Assembly: GCA_001179505.1 (NCBI GenBank)
Contig: CDMY01000732.1
Coordinates: 1-26,269, forward strand
Reading direction: 5' to 3'
From: Vitrella brassicaformis CCMP3155
Lineage: Eukaryota > Protista > Chromerida
DNA: 26,269 nucleotides
Shown here: piece by piece, positions 20,135-26,269 of the stretch
How the letters are laid out: each line of letters starts with the position of its first letter
Numbering within the stretch: position 1 is the first letter of the stretch
The notes under the pieces: model-generated
What the model saw: only the letters and a program-made list of their open reading frames with translations
Database searches by the model: none
Told to the model about the DNA's origin: nothing
Made by a program: the position numbers and the translations under genes

Positions 20135-21850
20135 ATGGCCCACTCATCGTCTGCCGCATCACAAGCACCTCCTGCTGTGCCGCCCGGCTGCAAGGGGGTG
20201 GACGACGTCGACATCGTCCCTGATGAGGGCGTCAGTGCTGTCACTCGGCAGCTGTTGGAGGGCTGCATCCGCCGCAGCTTCACTCACGTCAGCCAAGTCA
20301 CACAGCTCATACGTCAAGGAGCCGACCCGAGAGCCATCGGCAGCCTGCACGGCCGCGGCACCTCAGGAGCCCCTTTCTCGCGCTGGCGATACAGCTGCCT
20401 GTGTTTCGCCATCGACAGCCCAACAAACTATCCATTCCTCCGTGCGAGCGACAGGTCTGTTCTAGCGGTGCCCGTCGCCCTGCCACAGTGGTCCTCCCGT
20501 GAGCTGCAGCGTGACGTCATTAATGCACTCGTCGACGGCGGGGCGGAAATGAATGGCGGCGGGTTGGAGCGGCGGCCCATCACGGTGGCGGTTCGTGCGG
20601 GCAACCTGACGGCAGTGGAGGCCCTGCTGGAGCGACAGGCCAACGTGCGTGGAGTTAGGGCGATGGGGCTTCCCTACCTCTACGCAGCCTGCTCCGTTAC
20701 TCGTGAGTACGAGGACACTCTCATTTCGGTGTACCGCCGACTTGCCCAACACGACAGCACACTCGCAGCGGAGTGGTTCGCTGGAGACAGTCTGGTCCAT
20801 TGGGCAGTCAGGAGCTCTACTGGCCTCTTCTCCCAGTCCTTCATCGACCAGTACCTCACCCTCATCACCAGCCACGGAGTCGAAATGATGGCAGCGAACG
20901 CCATCGGCCAATCGCCACTGCAGGCGGCAGCATTGTATGGCTCCCCCCGTGTGGCCCATTGGCTGTGCCGCAAGCTCACAGCCGACGACATCAATAGAGG
21001 GTGGCCGAACGAGCCCAACATGACACCACTCGCCATCGCTGCCGAAGAGCTCGATCGCCACATCCAGCAACTACAGGAACAGCAACAGGGAGAGTGGCAC
21101 GAGTATCGCTCAAGACGGATCCGCGAAGACAAGACCACCATCGGTGTGCTGCTGCGGGGCGGGGCGGCCCCATCCATCGCCCGCATGCCCACCGCCACCC
21201 AGAAGCGGCACCGTGAGCGTCAGCTGGTGCTGGCCGAGTATGCCACAGTGCTGAGTGAGCTGTCCGAGGTCGTCATGTCGGCCATCAACGGGGCCCTCGC
21301 CCCCCAGCGCGACCACTCGATGCTTCTCGCCCGTCTGCTGCCCCTCGCCCCCCACCATGACGGCGCCCACCCCCACCCCTCCCCATCCAACATGGCATTC
21401 GGCCCACACGAGGCTGAGGCCATCGCATGGAAGATCGGCGCCTTCCTGCACGAGCCCCCCGCTGCTGTCGCCGCCATCGACGAGTGCTTCATTGGCGAGT
21501 CGGTGCTGAGGCGCCGCGTCAAGGCGGCTGTCGGCCACTTCGTCAAGTTGGCGGCCACACAGACGAGCAGCAACAGGGAGGTCATCGGCGGGATGGCCAA
21601 TTTGGGCGGCGTGACGGTGCGTGTGCCGCTGCAGTGCTTCGCCGTCCGTGGCAGTGGGGGGCAGGTGGTGCTGACGGGTGTGCGTGAGGTGGTGCACCGG
21701 GCCCGGCTGGACGAAGCCGGCACCCATGGTGTGGTGGGTGTGGTCAAGGGCTTCAACGAGCATCTGGGCGATCAGGACTGCCAGTTCGAGTGGGGCCAGC
21801 TGGGGCATCTGTCGAGGACCGGGCTGTTTGTGCCGCTGGGCGTCGAATGA
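20135..21850 (+). CDS. Ankyrin-repeat-containing protein of a lineage-expanded family, intronless CDS, 571 aa
   Basis: Uninterrupted ORF from the ATG at 20135. Ankyrin-like units PITVAVRAGNLTAVEALLERQANV, SLVHWAVRS, SPLQAAALYGSPRVAHWLC and TPLAIAAEEL, then a Gln-rich coil and a C-terminal region I could not assign. Confidence 0.85.
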   Translation: MAHSSSAASQAPPAVPPGCKGVDDVDIVPDEGVSAVTRQLLEGCIRRSFTHVSQVTQLIRQGADPRAIGSLHGRGTSGAPFSRWRYSCLCFAIDSPTNYPFLRASDRSVLAVPVALPQWSSRELQRDVINALVDGGAEMNGGGLERRPITVAVRAGNLTAVEALLERQANVRGVRAMGLPYLYAACSVTREYEDTLISVYRRLAQHDSTLAAEWFAGDSLVHWAVRSSTGLFSQSFIDQYLTLITSHGVEMMAANAIGQSPLQAAALYGSPRVAHWLCRKLTADDINRGWPNEPNMTPLAIAAEELDRHIQQLQEQQQGEWHEYRSRRIREDKTTIGVLLRGGAAPSIARMPTATQKRHRERQLVLAEYATVLSELSEVVMSAINGALAPQRDHSMLLARLLPLAPHHDGAHPHPSPSNMAFGPHEAEAIAWKIGAFLHEPPAAVAAIDECFIGESVLRRRVKAAVGHFVKLAATQTSSNREVIGGMANLGGVTVRVPLQCFAVRGSGGQVVLTGVREVVHRARLDEAGTHGVVGVVKGFNEHLGDQDCQFEWGQLGHLSRTGLFVPLGVE

Positions 21851-22233
21851 GTTGGAGAGGGGGAGAGGAGGAGGGAGACGGCAGTAAGGGTGGTGGCTGC
21901 ATGTTTGACTCCGTTTTGCTGCAGCTCAAGGACGGTTCTGTTTGCGAGTTTTGCTGTTTTTCAAGTGCATACAGACAATGGCGACCCGACTACGTTGCTG
22001 TGTTCGTGATCGATTCACGTCAAGTCGTGTCTTTCATTTGCTTGGCTTCACGAACACATAAGCCGTCTCGCGCGCCAGTCGCTCATTGTATGACACCGCA
22101 CCCACACAGACAAGTGGCGACGATGAATAAACATCACCAGCCAGACCAGACGACAAACGACACGGCAGGACAGTGAACACACGAACCATACAGATGGATA
22201 AAAATACCATCAGACGATCACAGCTAGATGAGG

Positions 22234-25200
22234 TCAGATGAGCCCGTGTACGCTCAGCGCCAGGTCAGCCTCTGTCACTCGTTTCCCATCCGCCAGCGTC
22301 ACCACCCCACCCTCCACTCTCTCGCTCACCGAGGAGTCGCGTAGCGGCCGCCGGTGTCGGGCCACTCTCTCCTCTACAGCAGGGGGAAAGCGCACACGCG
22401 AGAGCTCCTCCTCGATCTGCCGCATCTGGGCGGCGGTCATGTCGGCGAACTCGGCGAGCGAGTCGCCCGTGCTGATGAGGCTCCTGAGGTCTCTCGCATA
22501 GTCGACCAGTTGTCTGCGGAAGGCGTCGATGTGGCTTAGGACGGTCTCGATGTACTCAGTCTTGACGCTGACCGCCGACACATCCCTCTGCACACACACA
22601 CACAGAGAAAGAGGGGGGGGAGATGGGGAGAGATCAGCTCTGCACTTAGCCACAGGTGACTGTGAGCTGTGTCTTCGTGTCGTTTCCATTTGGTTTCAAC
22701 AAATCCGTTATATTATTCATCACGACAGACCTCTCCCACACACAGAGATACAAGCAGACAAACGTGGAAGACACAGCAGACAGCTGGCAGACAGACAGAC
22801 GGACAGTCACGCGTCACCAGTGGTGTCTCCCACATTGATCACACCGGCCTCGCTGTCTCTCGTCCGTCGTGCGTCAGCCGATGTCTCCCTCTTCCTCTCC
22901 TTCGCCCGCGACCTGTGCCGCCTCTCACCCTCAGCAGTCTCTCTCCCCTCGCCACTCCGCATGCTGATCTCCACATCGGCCTGAACAATGCATTCGTACG
23001 TATACACAGATGGATGGATGGATCGATGGATGGATGGATGAGCAGCGTGAGCTCGAGCCAGTCGTGTGTTGGGGGTTGGCGCGTGACATATGCTGTCAGT
23101 GCGGTGCCAGCGTACCAGTAGGCTTCTCTGGTCGGCCAAGAGGACGGCCATGGCCTCGTTAGCCACCTGCATGCCATTGCAATCAATAGATGGGATGGAT
23201 GGACACATACACACGTAGAGAGAGACACGCCAGCTTAGCCGGTCTTGTGTGTGTCTCACCGACTGTCTGCGTACGGACCTGTATGACGTCGGAGGCCTCA
23301 GGCGTCATGTCTGCAGGCCGGAAGAAGGCTGGCGCAAACACCTCAGCCAGCTTCTTGATGCTCATCTGCACACAACCACCNNNNNNNNNNNNNNNNNNNN
23401 NNNNNNNNNNNNNNNNNNNNNNNNNNNNNNNNNNNNNNNNNNNNNNNNNNNNNNNNNNNNNNNNNNNNNNNNNNNNNNNNNNNNNNNNNNNNNNNNNNNN
23501 NNNNNNNNNNNNNNNNNNNNNNNNNNNNNNNNNNNNNNNNNNNNNNNNNNNNNNNNNNNNNNNNNNNNNNNNNNNNNNNNNNNNNNNNNNNNNNNNNNNN
23601 NNNNNNNNNNNNNNNNNNNNNNNNNNNNNNNNNNNNNNNNNNNNNNNNNNNNNNNNNNNNNNNNNNNNNNNNNNNNNNNNCCCCCCACACATACACCCAC
23701 ACCGATGGGCGATGGAGACACATCATGATGCAGTCAGTGTACCTCATTGAATCGCGCGCAGTTGGCCACACGGCTGAGAAGACCCAACAAAAACTGAGGC
23801 AGGCAGCCAAGCAGCCATCCAGATGGACATCTATCTATGGTCAGGTGTGTGCGATCACCTTGACAGTGCCGAAGTTTATGGGAGGCGCGTCCATCAACAG
23901 CTGCACGAGTGAGACACAACACATACAAGACAGACATCGCGCGCACTGCCGCGATAATGTACCTGACCTGCCGCACTGCCCCAGAGAGGACCTCGCGCGG
24001 CACATAGGGACTGTGCTCATCTACCGGCGCCGGCCACCAGGGGCAGGGGGATCGATCGATTCACACAGAGACACACAATTGTTCTATGCAGAAACAAGGA
24101 GCGGTAGGTACATGTGTGTGTGTGTGTGTGTGTGGTGTCCACGTCGGCCTGCCTTTGAGTCTCTCTAGCGTTGTGAAAGCGTTGAAGGTCAGCAGCGGCT
24201 CGGGGAGCGAATCTAAAGGAGAAGTCCACACATGGCTCCTCTCTCTGTTATCCCTCCGTTGGCGCACATACTGAGGAAAAGTTTGAAGGCGACAGCGACG
24301 GCGCACACCTCGTCCATGTCAGGCAGCATCACACCTGCGTCCAGCCAGCAGACAACAGCCGACCACATTGGCCATCAAGCCCGCTCCATTGGCTTGCCTT
24401 CCTCCAGCTCCCGCACGACGCTGTAGAGCGGTGCGCTGTCGGACTGGAGGAAAAACAGCCGACGGGTCTTGAGCGAATCTGAGGGCAGACACACAGACAC
24501 AGGCAGGAGACCTGCCGGCATGAGCGTCAATTCTCCATCCATCCATCCACCCACAAGCGCACCCAAATCAGAGAGGGCGTTGACCAATCGCACGATGGGC
24601 TCGGGCACCTGCGTGACAAGGCAAATGGATGGATGGATGGACGGACTCATGCGCGGATGCAGGCGTGCCTGTGAGCATCCGTCAGTGTCCACGCCAAGAT
24701 GGTCCGCCAACACCTCAAGCGGCGTTCCTGCAAGAAGAGACCTCCGCTGTCGGCATGTGTGTGTGCGTGCGTGTGTGTGTGTGTGTGTGTGGGTGAGTGT
24801 GGTTGAGACATCCATACCTACCGAACAGGCGCAGTGGAGTGACGCCGTGAAGCTCGGCCTCATACCTCTGACATACAGCCACACAGACAGACAGACAGAC
24901 AGACAGACACCATTGCCCGCTGCATTGGCGCACACCTGTATAGAGTAGGGGAAGAGCCTCTGCAGCTGGGCGGCGGGCAGCCCCGTCACATACGACAGCT
25001 CACCCAGCCTGACAACACACACCCCACATCCACACGCATCCCATCCAGCTGTGTGGGTCAGTCAGGGCCCCACCCGCCCACCGGACCGTTCAATGTACTC
25101 AATCTTGTGGAAGAATTTGCTCGACACGAATGCGGTGGCGAAGTTCATGAGCGTACGGAAGGTCAGCGTGGCGTGCACCACATACAGCTGAGTCAGGTTC

Positions 25201-26185
25201 TTCCGATACCTAAGCGAAGCCAGCAAGCAATGCAAGACAACACACACGACAGACAGCGCGTGGTGGAGGTGCCTGCCTGCCTGCCTGCCACCTTGTCGCT
25301 TGCTTACGTACTTGCGCGGCAGCGATGTGTGGCAGCTTTGTATGAAGGAGTAGAGGCTGGGGCTGAGCCAGTTGACGTGCGTGTGGCAGTAGACGACCAC
25401 GTACGGCCTGTCCACCACGCCATCCAGCGTCTTGACCACATACAAACTGCATGCGGCAATTAACACAGACAGACAGACACCATCCATCCATCCATCAGCT
25501 CACAGACAGACAGACAGACAGAAGTACTTACAATGCCCTCTCCAGCTCCTCGACGTCCGGCGAGAGCACCCCCCCAATGAGCATCACCACCGGCCGCCCC
25601 AGGTCATCCGTCGACACACGACGAAGCAATCTGTCCTGGTCAAAACTGCAGGCACACCACACACAGAGAGGGAGGGGATGACATTGTGCGGGCGGCGGAA
25701 TGGGTGGCACTGCGGTGCTTTGCTTTGCTTACTCCTCGAAGTCTTCCCTCTGCGCCTCAATGAGCAGCTCTCTGTACTGCTCCTCTACTGCACGCTCTTG
25801 CTCACTATTAGGCATCGGGCCGAAAGGGGTCTCGAGTCTCGCTGGGGGCGGCCCCCCGTCTCGTGGCATGCACTACAGAGGGGTCGGCATACCAGAATAT
25901 GACAAAGGCCTTGTCGGCCTCCTGCCAGCGGACGCCCATCGCCACCTGCCGGCACCGCACGAATGGCTGGCTGCATATCGGGGCGACGTACTTGAGAATC
26001 TTCGCCCTGTCGATTGCTTGAAGTTCGGCATCCGGCTGTGTGTGAGAATCATTGAGTACCCCCAGACCGTCCGTGACGACAGCCGCAGTGGCAGGGCCGG
26101 CGACAACGAAAGAGAACAACAAAACGAGATGCATTCTGAAGCAGCGGGTGTGGTGCAATACGCGAGAGGAGCACTTACCCCCCAT
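22234..26185 (-). CDS. BCH (CRAL-TRIO/Sec14-like) plus RhoGAP domain protein with ARHGAP1/8-like architecture, roughly 590 aa
   Basis: Exons 26185-26179, 26035-25992, 25872-25733, 25645-25532, 25446-25312, 25209-25087, 25008-24936, 24867-24822, 24727-24669, 24608-24563, 24478-24398, 24334-24272, 24212-24153, 24020-23968, 23900-23859, 23793-23743, 23365-23279, 23166-23116, 22980-about 22830 (donor uncertain) and 22587-22234. BCH: DDLGRPVVML, PYVVVYCH, PRKYRKNLTQLYVVH, FFHKIEYIERLGEL. GAP: LFGTPLE, VPEPIVRLV, VAFKLFLNSLPEPLLTF, PPINFGTVKFLLGLLSRVA...NEMSIKKLAEVFAPAFFRP. The first three exons and the last junction are less certain. Confidence 0.88.
23381..23680. other. Assembly gap (300 N) inside a RhoGAP intron
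   Basis: The flanking exons join as ARFNE|MSIKKLAEVF, matching the RhoGAP N.M...NLA.VF motif. Confidence 0.95.
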
Positions 26186-26269
26186 GATTGAGTTGGTGAT
26201 TTCTCGGCTGTTTCTCCTCCTTTTCGGATGAGCGAGCGTGTATCGGACTACACCCAACCCCCTCCACCT

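Noticed and set aside
21110-21808. Long antisense ORFs (232 aa and 178 aa) over the ankyrin gene, and similar ones over NOC2 (8453-9720) and gene 1
   Set aside because: Typical antisense shadows of GC-rich coding sequence; no recognisable motifs.
25808-26257. 149-aa minus-strand ORF with a signal-peptide-like MHLVLLFSFVVAG segment
   Set aside because: The hydrophobic part lies in RhoGAP intron 1 (a pyrimidine tract), and the ORF crosses spliced exons out of frame.
1-26269. CRISPR arrays, transposase or RT genes, tRNA or rRNA genes
   Set aside because: No regularly spaced repeat-spacer units, mobile-element domains or cloverleaf/rRNA signatures were seen; the repeats are simple microsatellites.

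Overview
Eukaryotic, GC-rich, intron-dense genomic DNA. Introns are short (about 60-150 nt) and packed with CA/GT, ATCC and CAGA microsatellites. This style and the lineage-specific gene families suggest a chrompodellid alveolate such as Vitrella brassicaformis (inference, not a database result). I hand-spliced seven protein-coding loci: (1) an intron-poor F-box-like hypothetical gene broken by a frame change (293-2425, +); (2) a signal-peptide, single-TM protein with a Pro-rich tail (2757-4611, +); (3) a 4-exon HSP20 (7242-8118, -), head-to-head with (4) a 10-exon NOC2 (8423-12150, +); (5) a complete 22-exon UPF1 (13260-19439, -), head-to-head with (6) an ankyrin-repeat ORF with an intronless CDS (20135-21850, +); (7) an approximately 20-exon BCH/CRAL-TRIO plus RhoGAP gene (22234-26185, -). 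Three 300-N gaps lie inside introns and appear to remove no coding sequence. The main leads are: a RhoGAP whose arginine-finger position is Phe and whose N-terminus (MGAGC) suggests dual acylation; four GC-AG introns sharing AG|GCANGC, three of them clustered in the GAP domain; a candidate 3'UTR intron about 150 nt after the UPF1 stop (possible NMD autoregulation); and an unannotated plus-strand run of micro-exons at 5.8-6.5 kb. All splice models are manual predictions without transcript evidence.
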